From the human T2T-CHM13v2.0 reference genome, Homo sapiens: a stretch of DNA of 64,000 nucleotides. The stretch is from the NCBI RefSeq assembly GCF_009914755.1, contig NC_060927.1; one strand, given 5' to 3'. A model generated the notes under the pieces. That model had not been told where the DNA came from, made no database searches, and saw only the letters and a list, made by a program, of their open reading frames with translations. Shown in pieces: positions 1 to 14,189 of the stretch. Position numbers and translations under genes: made by a program. Each line of letters starts with the position of its first letter. Positions within the stretch are counted from its first letter, which is position 1.

Positions 1-473
1 GAAATGACTGTCTAATATTCACCTTCTGTGACATATTATAGTTCATTAATTCCCCTAAACAAGCCATTGATCAATTTCATCTCCTTTTGTGTTTCTCAGG
101 TCACTGGAATCAGTTAATTCACAGGCTCTCTTCACTGGAAGGAAGGAGAAAGTTTCTGACTTCTTTGTATTCACAACTCCTATTAGGTTGTCTAGGTACT
201 GTTAACATACGGTTCTGAATAATAACAATAGTAACAATAAAAATAGTAGCAGTTAGCATTTATTATAATGCTTTCCATAGGCTAATCACTGGACCAGGTG
301 ATTTACATGGTTACAGTGATAAAGGAGTAGAACTCATGGGCGTAATCATTTTTCTTTTCCACCTTCCCTTTAAATTTATTATCTAACAAACATTAATCCT
401 TGCCCAAATTCTGGATGAAGCTCAGCCTCTCCTCATTGTTTTTCTGGTCACTTTTAGGTATTAACAAATTATA

Positions 474-769
<296 letters not shown>

Positions 770-819
770 TCACCTCTCTCCTTCACTAGTGAATTCTATA
801 ATATTTTCTTTTTATCTGA

Positions 820-1275
820 TTTTATTTAGGTATTGTATAATAATTTACATACAATAAAAATCACCAGTATTAAGTGTACAAGTGAAATGTGACAAATGCA
901 TAGAGTGAGGATAATTGTCACACAGACCTTTTCCACTATCTGGACAAGTTCCCTCTTACCCCTCTGTGGTCATTCTCTGCCTCCTCCTCCCAGACCCTGA
1001 AACCACTGGCCTGCTTTCTATGTATTTTTCCATTTCTGTCTCAGTATTTTGCCATTTCACATAAATGTTATCATAGAGTATGTGGTGATTTGTGTCTGGA
1101 ATCTATCATTCAATACAATGGTGCTCAGATTCATCCATGTTGTTACATGCATCAGCAGCTTGTTCCTTTTTATTGCTCAGTAGTATTCCTTTGTAAGGAT
1201 GCACTACATGTATTTATCCATTTGCCATTGATGAACACATGTATTTATCCATTTGCCATCGATGAACATTTCATT
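820..1275 (-). mobile_element. Old L1M (L1ME/MC-like) 3' end fragment
   Basis: Antisense L1M 3'-end motifs (taatttacatacaataaaa; cagattcatccatgttgtt; tagtattcc). Boundaries approximate. Confidence 0.65.
1206..1267. repeat. 31-bp tandem duplication (1 mismatch)
   Basis: ACATGTATTTATCCATTTGCCATYGATGAAC x2 at 1206-1236 and 1237-1267. Confidence 0.95.
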
Positions 1276-3097
1276 ATTTTCAGTACATTCTTTGATCTTT
1301 TCAAGTCTGAATATGCAACCTAAGATCATTCCTAAAATCAGTTAAGTGTCTTAATCCAAACATTAAAACTTAATTTAAAATTACAGTATCTCTTCCTTAG
1401 GTTGGGCCTGCTGTAGAATAGCGGTATGAAGGGCCACAGGACATAGTACAGGATTCTTCTCTACATATACTGCCAAGTCCCTCACCCCAGCTAAGCTTCT
1501 AAACCTTCCTCAATCTTTTATTATTTCCCCAGAACCAAAATTAACAATGCACAGAGCTTGAGAAAGCCAAGGGCCACACAAATGTGTGAATCTGCGCTGC
1601 TTCAATAGCCCTCATTCTGTTCTCTAGGATCATTCTATCACATCTATAAAAACAACCACAGAGAACACTGAAGGGTAATTTTCCCTTCAGCCACCAGCTG
1701 ACGGAAAAATTAAAAGCAGAAAGAGGTCATTGACTTACAGGTAGATGCCTTATCATGTTCTCTTGTGTACATTCTGTGCACAAACGGGATGTGTTTCTAT
1801 CGGGATAAGGTGAATTATGCCTATAACCCATTAAGGAATATTGAAGTCTCCTTATAATGATACTTTGAAATAAAAATGAACTGTGTATGTATATCAAAGA
1901 AAGATGCTCTCCGAAAATACATACTGCTGAGTTTTTATCATATTTTGGTGATCAGGGTATTATTTTGGGTTTTTTTTAGTAACACTGGGGAGGCAGTGAC
2001 CACATTCAATCCAAATTTGTAGAGGAGGTATTTTGGGACTAGTCACTTCGTGCAAATGTAATATAGTCTTTAGATTAAGTTATTTTGTTTGAATTGAATG
2101 ATGTTCTGATCACTGTGGCTATAAAATCAGATTTCAAAATGCAAAGTGGTATATTCTGCAGAGACAATTTTATTTCCCAGAATAGTTAAAAAAAAACTTA
2201 ACTGAATTACCTTTTAAAATGGATTTCACAAACTATAGATACACCATCAAAAGTAATTATCTTTTATCCTTTTAGAAATCTAGTACAACAAAATGTTTTA
2301 ATATCTTTATTAATAACAATAAATCATATTCACACGTATATATCTACAACCATTTACAATGAGGAATTATGAAAGGGCAAAATCTAAATAATAACCAGTT
2401 CTGTTATAAATAGTTAATTAAATGATACCACATGCCGTATAACTAAAAGTAGCCTCTACTGTCAAATCAGGGGACACACACACAGATAGTTTGATCATTT
2501 TGTCTAAACTTATCTTTATTTACTATTATAATCAAATATTTTATATAAAAAGAAAGTCATGTATATTGTTTTTCTCTCCAGGAACCAATGGGTCTGATCT
2601 GTCAAAACAGTAACATCTTATTTTGTGTATGCACATTATCGTCAAGAATTTTTCTACAAAATCTGCCTCACACAATGCCAATATTTGTGGTAGGCAGGAA
2701 AAAAAGGGGTTCTTGGGTCAGATAAGGTGTAGAAAGTCGAGGTACTACAGCCTAGACATTAACAGCACACAACAGAATATTACAATCTCTGAGATGCTGT
2801 ACAAGAAAAATATGTTTTAAATGCATGATTTCTGACTTAATATAACCAAGGTTTTTATTTTTGTTTTTTAATTTACCATCATTGTTCAATGCATACGTTT
2901 TAGAAAATACTGATCTGAGAAAATTATTTTTAAAATATAAGTAAAATGTAAAGGTTTCAATACATTAGTAGACACCAAACGAAGAATGTAATACATAGAA
3001 ACTTCAGATATATTTCACCTAACCTGTGCAGCACTGAATTAAAAACAAAAGAAATGGTAAAATCTGCATGGTATTTTAGGATATATTTATTCAGTTT

Positions 3098-3736
3098 CTA
3101 AATTGTGATATTTTGAAAGATAGAATTTTCAGAATAGGTGTGGTATGGTGCTGAAAAAAATGTATATTCTGTTGATTTGGGGTGGAGAGGTCTGTAGATG
3201 TCTATTAGGTCCGCTTGGTGCAGAGCTGAGTTCAATTCCTGGGTATCCTTGTTAACTTTCTGTCTCATTGATCTGTCTAATGTTGACAGTGGGGTGTTAA
3301 AGTCTCCCATTATTATTGTGTGGGAGTCTAAGCCTCTTTGTAGGTCACTCAGGACTTGCTTTATGAATCTGGGTGCTCCTGTATTGGGTGCATATATATT
3401 TAGGATAGTTAGCTCTTCTTGTTGAATTGATCCCTTTACCATTATGTAATGGCCTTCTTTGTCTCTTTTGATCTTTGTTGGTTTAAAGTCTGTTTTATCA
3501 GAGACTAGGATTGCAACCCCTGCCTTTTTTTGTTTTCCATTTGCTTGGTAGATCTTCCTCCATGCTTTTATTTTGAGCCTATGTGTGTCTCTGCATGTGA
3601 GATGGGTTTCCTGAATACAGCACACTGATGGGTCTTGACTCTTTATCCAATTTGCCAGTCTGTGTCTTTTAATTGGAGCATTTAGTCCATTTACATTGAA
3701 AGTTAATATTGTTACGTGTGAATTTGATCCTGTCAT
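3098..3736 (-). pseudogene. Truncated L1 ORF2p APE-like endonuclease domain (aa 1-202 plus 10 flank-derived residues)
   Basis: MTGSNSH...NVNGLN...IQETH...NIYAPN...GDFNTPL matches the ORF2p N-terminus. Homology ends at HTYS, before D205 and H230. Confidence 0.92.
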
Positions 3737-4227
3737 TATGATGTTAGCTGGTTATTTTGCTCGTTAGTTGATGCAGTTTCTTCCTCGTCTCGATGGTCTT
3801 TACATTTTGGCATGATTTTGCAGCGGCTGGCACATATACACCATGGAATACTATGCAGCCATAAAAAATGATGAGTTCATGTCCTTTGTAGGGACATGGA
3901 TGAAATTGGAAATCATCATTCTCAGTAAACTATCGCAAGGACAAAAAACCAAGCACTGCGTGTTCTCACTCATAGATGGGAATTGAACAATGAGAACACA
4001 TGGACACAGGAAGGGGAACATCACACTCTGGGGACTGTTGTGGGGTGGGGGGGCGGGGAGGGATAGCATTAGGAGATATACCTAATGCTAAATGACGAGT
4101 TAATGGGTGCAGCACACCAGCATGGCACATGTATACATACGTAACTAACCTGCACATTGTGCACATGTACCCTAAAACTTAAAGTATAATAATAATAATA
4201 ATAAAAAAAATTACACCTTAAAAAAAA
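3131..4227 (+). mobile_element. 5'-inverted, internally deleted L1PA3-like LINE-1 insertion
   Basis: 3131-3830 is antisense ORF1 end, 63-nt spacer and ORF2 start. 3828-4210 is sense ORF2 end, 3'UTR and A tail. The 3'UTR has L1PA3-type ttaggagatatacctaatgctaaatgacgagttaatggg. TSD AGAATTTTC at 3122-3130 and 4228-4236. Confidence 0.93.
4030..4063 (+). other. G-rich L1 3'UTR tract with G-quadruplex potential
   Basis: ggggactgttgtggggtgggggggcggggaggg has five G-runs of 3 or more. Confidence 0.75.
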
Positions 4228-5134
4228 AGAATTTTCTAAATCTATTAATCAACTACCCAAACAAAAATGAAGTATGATACACTAGCTATTGACACGCTTA
4301 CCCAAACTCTAGGCTAAAATTCAATTTCAAACTCAGCCCATGGCCTTATTTAAAGCCAAATGAATATGTTTTTCTTCATTTCAGACTGAAGAACCTTTGC
4401 ATTTCTATCTAAGGCCTAGGTTTTCCCTCACCTCCCCTCTGGGGATTCTGTTAAATTGATTTGTAAATGAGCATACAGGGGACATGCTTCAAGTACAGCA
4501 GCCGCAGCTCAAGGTTCCCTTCTCTAGGACTGTTGTATTTTCAGAGAGGATGAAGCTTAACCCTGAGTTGACAGTTCCTGCTCTAAGAGACCTCTTCTGT
4601 CTGTGTTCCTATTATTACTGTGGCTTTCACAATTTCACAGTTCTTAAACCAAAGAATAATAAATGCTAGGAAGTTTAGAAGTCCAGAAATAAAAAGGTTG
4701 TCTTTTTCATCTGGTATTTGTATGTAATAATGTCCAGTGACAATAACTTTAAAGGTTACACTTACAGGCACTTTCTGTGTGTTTGATGGTCATAGAATTT
4801 TTATCCTAAGTTACTGAGGAGCTTTTATGGCCCTTTGTCCAATATCACATAACTAGTAAGTGGGAGACTTGCTAACACAAGCCTCCCACCATACCCCTGT
4901 GCGTCTCTCAGGCACCATAATCAAGCTTTGTAATATTCATCATATTCAACTATGAACATTTGTGACTCTCCAGTATGAAGTGACACTGAGTGGAGATCCT
5001 GGTGTATTTATTACATTGACTTTGACTTAGTAAAATGTTTTTATATTACTCACATTCATACGTTAAAAAACACTAAAAATTCCTTAAAACCTCACTCCCA
5101 CAAAATTTTTCCATTTGAGAAATTCCTTTTTCTT

Positions 5135-5680
5135 TAACTTTTTAAATGGACAAATAACTTACAAAAAGTACATACATTTTAAGTGTATCATTTGCAGATT
5201 TTTTTAAACATATGCATACCCTCATATTTACACCATCCCAATAAAGAGATGGAACATTTTCAGCAATCAAGTCTCTCAGTCCTGTACTTGGCAAGTCAAT
5301 TATGAGATATCACCAGATAGTATTTTTACCTGCTTTTGCACTTCATAAAAATATAAGTATACAGTATGCATTCTTTTGTGTCTGGCTTCTTTCATTCAAC
5401 ATTGTGTTTGTATTTCGATCATTTTTGTTGCTATATAGTATTCCATTCTAAAACCATATCCTAATTTTTGCCAATTCTACTGTTGAATAGTTGGGTTGCT
5501 TTCCATGTTAATCTATTAGGAATAAGCTATTAAAAACAATTCTAGGCATGTGATTTGTTGGATATAGTAGTCATTTATCTGAGATACATAACTAGGAATT
5601 AAATTTCTAGGTTATAGAATATTTATAGGATAAACTTTGGTAGGCATGGCCAAAAAGTTTTTCAAAATGGCTGTTACAGT
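5135..5680 (-). mobile_element. Old L1M 3' fragment
   Basis: Antisense L1 motifs (cttttgtgtctggcttctttcattcaac; tagtattccatt; gttgggttgctttcca). Confidence 0.7.
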
Positions 5681-5694
5681 ACTGCAATATAATA

Positions 5695-6395
5695 CTGCCA
5701 CTAACTATCCAGAGTTGGTGTAGACTCCACGATTTAAGGGCATAGTCCCCAACAAGACTCTACTTCAAACACCAGTCACAAGTTTGAGGGTCCACAAGCC
5801 ACCTGCATTTGTGACAAATTGGCTACAAATTTTGGGGCTCCCATGCCCCCAACAGGTTTGACAACTTGCTAGAATGACTTATATGGCTCAAAAATAGCAC
5901 TAAACTTATGATTATAATTTTATTGTAAAGGACACGATTCAGAAGCAGCTCAATGAAGAGACACATAGGGCTAGAACTAGGAGGATACTGAATCAGAGCT
6001 TCCACGTCTTCTCCCCATGGAATCGTGATGCATTACCCTCCCTACACCTTTGAAACCAAAGAACCTCACCCAAATTTCGCCGTCCATAGTTTTTTTGTGG
6101 ATTGCATTATCTAGGCATGATTGACTGAATCGCAGGGCACATGAACTCAATCTCCAGCATCCTTCCACTCCTCAGAGGTTGGGATGACATTACTGGGCTC
6201 AAAGCCCCAGTCCTTGAATTATATGGTTAGTCTTTCTGGTGACTGGACCCCATCCTGACTCAGCTCATTAATATAAACCCAGATGTAATACAAGAGGTCT
6301 AGATACTACTATCACTTGGGAAATTTTCAAGTTTTAGAGGTTACCTAGCTGGAACTGAGGACAAAGATAAGGCCAAACTTTTTATAATACAATAC
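5695..6395 (-). mobile_element. MER21C-like LTR
   Basis: Reverse complement of 6301-6395 resembles the MER21 5' end (tttggcc..tttgtcctcagttccagc..ctctaaaacttg.aatttcccaagtgatag). Internal ttggctacaaatttgggg motif. Confidence 0.75.
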
Positions 6396-6562
6396 TTGTA
6401 CATCCTTGTACTTTTGATACATAATTTTATACAGTTGTAAGCATAATATGGAAATGATATTTATTTTGCTTTTCATTTAACAATATATCCCAAGAAACTT
6501 TCACTTCAGTTTTCATATTTACCAATTAAATGGTGGCATACAATTTCCCTAAATGATTGTAT

Positions 6563-6872
6563 TGATGGGGCTCAGAATAGAATACCTCCAAGTATGTACC
6601 TTGACATGCTGGGTACTTTAAAGTGAAGGACATAGGAAGAACTTAGGTCATGTCCTTTTGTCCAATCACATTTCTACACAGTGGTCTCTTCTTCATCAAA
6701 CCTACATATAAAAACAGAGTTTCCCCGGGCCCTTGGGTTTTCATTTCTGTTAAGAGTGTTTCAGGTAAAACTTAGATTAAATAAATCTCGTTAACCTGTA
6801 TTTTGTTATAGGAATGTCAGCTCTGACCCTTATGATGAGTGAGAAAAGGTACTACAGCTTTCCACCCCTGCA
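6563..6872 (+). mobile_element. MER34/MER39-like ERV1 solo LTR, internally deleted
   Basis: TGATGGGGCTCAGAA..TACCTCCAAGTATG start, AATAAA, and CCCCTGCA end (TG...CA). Confidence 0.65.
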
Positions 6873-6974
6873 CAGCAGAAAACCTGGAAAGAGTAGAAAC
6901 ATGGCTCAAAGGGTCTTTCCAGGGAAAGATAAATAAATTCAACTACATAAAGCTTTATATTAGAAGAAAACAAT

Positions 6975-7227
6975 AATGGCTAACTTAAAGTGGGTACTTA
7001 GATACATGAGGCACTGCCCATAAGGACTTATATGTCATATCTCATTAGGACTTCACAATATCCCTAGGAAGTAGACACTTTTTTTTTACTCCATTTTTTA
7101 TATGAGAATTTTTAAGCACAAACACATGAACTTAATTAGATTAGGGTTTTACAGCTGGGTACTTCTAGAGCTGTGATTTAAATTCAAGAAATCTAACTCC
7201 GCAGTCTGTACTCTTAACCATCACACA
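6975..7227 (-). mobile_element. MIR SINE
   Basis: Reverse MIR core (ccatttttta.atgag) and head (ctcttaaccatcacac). Confidence 0.7.
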
Positions 7228-7309
7228 ATATTTTCTTTCATCAGCAAAAGGAAAAATAAATATGTTTAAACAAACAAAAAGGTGAAAAGGAAATGTCTAC
7301 ACCCTCTAA

Positions 7310-7740
7310 ATCAATTAGGTTCTCTAGATATACAGAGGAACTCTAGAAATCGCTATGTAAAAGATAAAATACCAATGGCAAAATGGTTAAGGTGCATTAA
7401 AAAGCAATTTGTAGAAGACAATATCTGAGTGGCCAGTAAAAATACAAAATGTACTGGTTAAAGTGAAAATAAAATTTAAAATAACAAGATTATGGTTTTT
7501 ACACAAATGGTTGGCAAAAAGAAATCTTGACATTAGGTACTGACAAGGACTTGGGAAAAATGGAGAAAAATTTGGCAACACCAAGTAATGTTGAAAGTAA
7601 ACCTAACGTATGACTTAAACATTCAACTGGAGAAGCTCTGACTCATGGGCACCAAGAGATAATTACGAGGAAGTGTTCTGCAGTTTTGTTTCTATCAACA
7701 AATGGTCAAAAAGCTACAGGATGGAAAACCATACAAAAGT
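7310..7740 (+). mobile_element. L1ME ORF2 3' fragment
   Basis: Degenerate L1 motifs (gcaatttgtagaagac; gttggcaaaa; tttggcaa). Confidence 0.5.
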
Positions 7741-7844
7741 TATAAGAAACTCATTAAATATTTATAAGCAGGGAAAGAAACAAAAACAAAATAGAGAAGA
7801 ATATCTAAAATATGGCATCAAACACTTAAGAATTACACATGCCT

Positions 7845-8940
<1,096 letters not shown>

Positions 8941-10996
8941 ATAATATACATGCATCAATTCCATAAATTGATTGTGGATGCAAATATTTATATATAAAAT
9001 TATGAGAACTAGAATGCAAGGAAGGGCACACACCAAACTCCTTGTTGTTTTCTTTTGGAGATCTACGGATAGGACTAGGTAAGTGGCTAAAGAGGACTAT
9101 AGCTAAATACACAATGTTTCATTTTCTTAACAAACATAAAACAGCTGGAAGCAAATATGACAAAATATTAACAGTTGTAAAATTCAGAGTGAAACAAATA
9201 TGGATTTCTGTTATAAAATTTATCATTATTTTCTTTTGAGTTCTTTACAGATACGTAAAAATGCCAATCATTCAGTGTCATGAATGAGTCAAAATAATTT
9301 GGAGTGATGTAGCCTTTATTCTACTTTCTATGGGATTTGAGTTGCTACAAAATTTAACAGGAGTATCAGTCACCCAAGACCAAGACCCAGGTCTGTGCAG
9401 GGTGGAGGTGGGAGGGTGGTGTTTAATGGAGGTACACAAAAAGTCTTACGGTTACTTTGCTTTTGCCAAATAGCAAAAGATATACACAAGTTCATTTAAC
9501 AAATAAATTCATTCAACTAGGGACAGGCTTATTTCTATTAATCTCCTAAATCAGGTCAAACCCAAATTTGATGATTTGGTCAAAAGTAGGAAATATAACA
9601 TGTATAAGTCGCATAAATACATTAAGGGAATAGCATTTTTTAATACACCAAGCTCTCTTTTACCTTTAAGTCATTTGCACTTCCTCTAACTTGAAAACTC
9701 TTTTTCCCTGTGCTTTTTAGTCCATCATCCCCTGGCTAGTATTTTCCCAGCTTTCAGGACTCAATTGTGATGTCTCTTTTTGCTGAACTCTCATCTGACC
9801 TTCTTCAACCAGGCTAAGTCTTCCCAGGCATGGAAGTACAACACTCCACACCATCTGAAAATGTCTCTTGACTTTTTGTCTCTCCCAAAACAGTAAAGTC
9901 AAGGCAGGGTTGGGTCTCATTATTCTTTGTACCCAGCCATTAGCAGAGTGGCTCACACTTATCAAGGGCTCAGTACCTGTCTGTTGAATTGCTAAATAAA
10001 TTGAGCAACATTGAAACCCAATATCTAAACAGTATCAGCCTTGGTATAGTATTAACAATAGCAGTGGGAAAACCTGGATTCAACAAGAAAAGCTTAGGCT
10101 TAAAAAGGTGGAAAGAGCTTAATAGAAGCAATGGCATATGGGAGAATGATTTCATGACACAATATGGAATACAGAATACCAACTCTGTGAGTAAACTCTA
10201 CAACTGCAAACCACCAAGCATAATTTACATATATTGTCAACTAAACAGTGGAGCAGTTGGTTTATCCGGTTCTCTCATCTATATTTAATGTGCCAACACC
10301 AGACTATTTTTGCACCAGGGCATCTTGTTTGACAAAGGCCAACACCCACAGTGGTCCCTTGAAGAACTAAGGAGGAGCTGATTTTGTTCAGAAAATCAGT
10401 GCTTTAACTTAAATAAGCAAAGGCATTTAGATGACTTCCAAGTACTCAGGTCATGTAATTTAAGAAACATTTCATTGTCAGTAGATTTCTGCTATGGCTG
10501 TTTCCCTAATGTTCTATGGTAGCTTAATACAGCTCAAAGGATGGATGAGCTTAAGGGCATCTTCAGACATTATTTTTCTTAGAATCATTTATGTGCTCAT
10601 GCAAATTACATTTAACCAATATATTGGGATCCTATTGTGGAATACCCACAGACATTTGCACTCTGCTTTTTAAATGGAAGTACGTAATTGTTACCAACGC
10701 AATTTGTCAGTTAAGCCCTGGGCACAATTTTAGAACTCATCCATGTGTGATATCTCCAGTGGGTGGAGACTGTGTTTCACCCATGCTCATATACCTGGTG
10801 ATTCTTATTCCTTTCCCTGGAACCCAGAGCACTCAATACATATTTAAACTTTATTGAAACTTCTCACTTTATAAATGAGAAAAGCTACAGTTAGAGAAAA
10901 AAACAAGACTGAGAAAAAAGAAAGGGAAGAAAGTGATTTTGTTCTATTAATGAGCTTTCTTTTTCTGTAACAGGTTTTTTCTATACAATAGAACAT

Positions 10997-13030
10997 TATT
11001 ATTTTTAATTGATACATAATATGCATATTTATGGGGTAACATTGTGATATTTTGATACCTTTATACGATGTCTAATGATCAAATCATGGTAATTAGCATA
11101 TCCATCACCTCTAACATTTATCAGTTCTTTGTGTTGGGAACATTCAATGTCTTCTCGTTTAGCTATTTGAAGATACAGAATAAGAACTTAATCTATATCT
11201 TTAATAAAGTGCTAAAGAACAATAGAACTTATTCTTCCTATCCACCTGTAATTTTGTATCTGTTAACCAATTTCTCCTTATCCTCCTTTTCTCCCTATAC
11301 TTTGCTGCCTCTAGTTATCACTATTCTACTGTTTACTTCTATGAAATCTACTTATTTAGCTTCCACATATGAGTGATGACATGTGGTATTTGTCTTTCTG
11401 TGTCTGGCTTATTTCACTAGACATAATGTCCTCCAGGATCATCCATGTTTCCAAAACTGACAACATGTCATTCTTCTTTATGGCTGAATAGGATTCCATT
11501 ATGTATATATACCACATTTTCTTTATCCATTCATCCATTGATGGACACCCAAGTTAATTCCGTATCTTAGCTATTGTGCATAATACTGCGATAAACACAG
11601 GAGTACAGAGATCATTTTGACATACTGATTTCCTTTCTTCTGGATATATACCGAGTAGTGGAATTGCTGGATCAGATAGTAGTTCTATGTTTAGTTTTTG
11701 GAGGAACCTACGTGCTGTTTTTCCATAACGGCTGTACTAATTTACATTCCCACCAACAGTGTATAGAAAGAGTTCCTCTTTCTCCGCAACCTCACTAGCA
11801 GGTTATTTTTTGTCTTATTATCATAGCCATTCTAACTGGGGTGGGATTATATTTCATTGTGGCTTTGATTTGCATTTCGTTGATAATTAGTGATGTTGAG
11901 CATTTTTCATATACTTGTTGGCCATTTGTATATTTTTTTTCTTTTTTTTTTTTTTCGAGACAGGGTCTCACTCCATTGCCCAGGTTAGAATGATGTGTTG
12001 CAATCTCAACTCACTGCAGCCTCAACTTCCTGGGCTTAAGCGATCCTCCTACCTCAGCCTTCCAAGAAGCTGGGACTACAGGTGCTCACCATCAAGCCTG
12101 GCTAATTTTTTAAATTTTTTCTTTGTAGAGACAGGGTTGTGCCACGTTGCCCAGGATGACCTCAAACTCCTGGGCTCAAGTGATGCTCCTGGTCCCGGCT
12201 TCCCAAAGTGCTGGGACTACAGGTGCAAGCCACTGCACCCCACATTTATATGTTTTCTTTAGAGAAATGTCTATTCAAGTCATTTGCACATTTTTTTAAT
12301 TGGATTAATTTTTTGCTGTCAAGTTCTTTGAATTCTTTGTATATTACGGATATTAATCCCTTGTTGAATGAATAGTTTGCAAATATTTTCCTTCACTCTA
12401 CAGGCTGTCTCTTCCCTCTGTTGATGGTTTCTTTTGCTGTGCAGAAGCTTTTTAGTTTAGTATAATCCCATTTCTTTATTTTTGCCTTTGTTGACTGTAC
12501 TTTTGAAGTCTTATACATAAAATCTTTGCCCAGACCAATGTACTAAAGTGTTTTCCTATGTTTACTTCTAATAGAGTTATAGTTTTGGGTATTACATTTA
12601 GATTTTTAATCAATTTCACATTGATTTTTATATAATATATGGGGAGAGATAGGGGGTCTAGTTTTATTCTTCTATATATGGATATCCAGTTTTCCCTGTA
12701 TCATTTATCTAAGAGACTGTCCTGCCCCTATTGTATGTTCTTGGTGCCTTTGTCAAAAATTAGTTGGCTATAAATATGTGTGTTTATTTCTAAGTTCTCT
12801 ATTCTGTTCCATTGGTTGATACGCCTGCTTTCATGCCAGAACCATGCTGTTTGGGTTTCTATAGCTTTGTAGTGAATTTTGAAGTCAGGTAGTGTAACGC
12901 CTCCAGCTTTGTTCTTTTTGTTCTGCATTGCTTTGGCTATTTGGGGTCTTTTGTGGTTCCATATGAATTTCAGGATTTTTTTCTATTTCCATGAAAAATA
13001 TCATTGGTATTTTGATAAGGATTGCATTTT
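10997..13030 (-). mobile_element. L1MA-type LINE-1, 5'-truncated, interrupted by AluJ
   Basis: Antisense L1MA 3'UTR, plus ORF2-like peptides in the track ([17 protein letters not shown]; MDEWIKKMWYIY). Confidence 0.88.
11933..12243 (-). mobile_element. AluJ SINE nested in L1MA
   Basis: Poly-T, then gagacagggtctcac and ctcctgggctcaagtgat (J diagnostics). Confidence 0.9.
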
Positions 13031-13744
13031 TTTAGAAAAGAATAAATGATGCCTGATTATCTTAATATCTATGGAGAAAACTTCAGCATTTAATTTGAAC
13101 ACTGTAGAGACCTTGTCATCAGCACTTAGAGTCTTAGTTCCACTCTTAATTCCTTTCTATTTTGATTAGAATCCTGTTTCTAGTGGCCTCACATAACAAA
13201 ATCTCTTTCAAAGACAGTGAATGTCTATGATACCTATTGCCACAAAGAGAAGTCAGGTTTCTCGATGTTTATGACTGGTCTCTGAATAAAGTATAATTCT
13301 GGTTATTAACCCCACAGCTCCAGAATTGGGATTCTATTTTCAAGGAATGTCCTAGACAACATGGCATTATTAATTGAAAAGGAAATATATTCCAGAAATC
13401 TATTCTGTTACCAGCTGTATCAGAATTCCACAGTGCATCTGGTTCTTGGGCAAGTCACTGAAACGTGGGTCAAATGTTGAAAGCTACTGTACTGTGATGT
13501 GAAAATAAAGGTAAGGACAATATACTTTAATACATAAATTATAGATGGCTAAATTTTAAGAATTTTCTCTTATTCTAAAATATGTTCTTCTGACTTTACT
13601 GTTAAAATTTTCTTTTATGAAATCCTGGTGCTATTAAAGGGAGGGATTTATTCATTTACTTATTTTTTATGTCCAGGTTTGAAAAAAAGTAAAAATGAGA
13701 AAGTCCTATATTGGCCTTTTCATATTTATTTTTTAATATTTTAA

Positions 13745-14189
13745 TGTGTTTTCTAGGACAGTTATAACAAAATACTGCAAACTCAGTGGCTGAAAACATC
13801 AGAAATTTATCATCTCACATGTCTGGAAGCTAGAAATTTGAAATCCAGGTGCTGTCAAATCCATGCTTCCTCTGAAACCTGTAGGAGAACATCCTTCCTT
13901 GCCATTCCTAGCTGCTAGTGTTTTGCCGGCCGTCTCTGGTGCCCTTTGTCTCATAGGTACATCATTCCAATCCTCCCCTTTTGCATTGTATTCTCCCTGT
14001 GTCTCTCTGTCTCGGTGCCCAAATTTCTCCTTTTATAAGGCTACCAATCATATCGAATTACCCTAATGACCTCATTTTAACTTGAGTACCTCTGTAAAGG
14101 CTCTGTTACCAACAAGGTCATATTCTGATGTACTGTAGGTTAGAACTTCAACATTTCTTTCTTGGAAGGGCACAATTCAACTTAAAACA
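13745..14189 (-). mobile_element. MLT1C-like MaLR LTR
   Basis: agaaatttat..tctcaca.gtctggaagctagaa; terminal cacaattcaacttaaaaca. Confidence 0.8.

Noticed and set aside
11356-12928. L1 ORF2-like peptides at 11356-11538 and 12728-12928
   Set aside because: Short remnants of a decayed L1MA with frame breaks and an Alu insertion.
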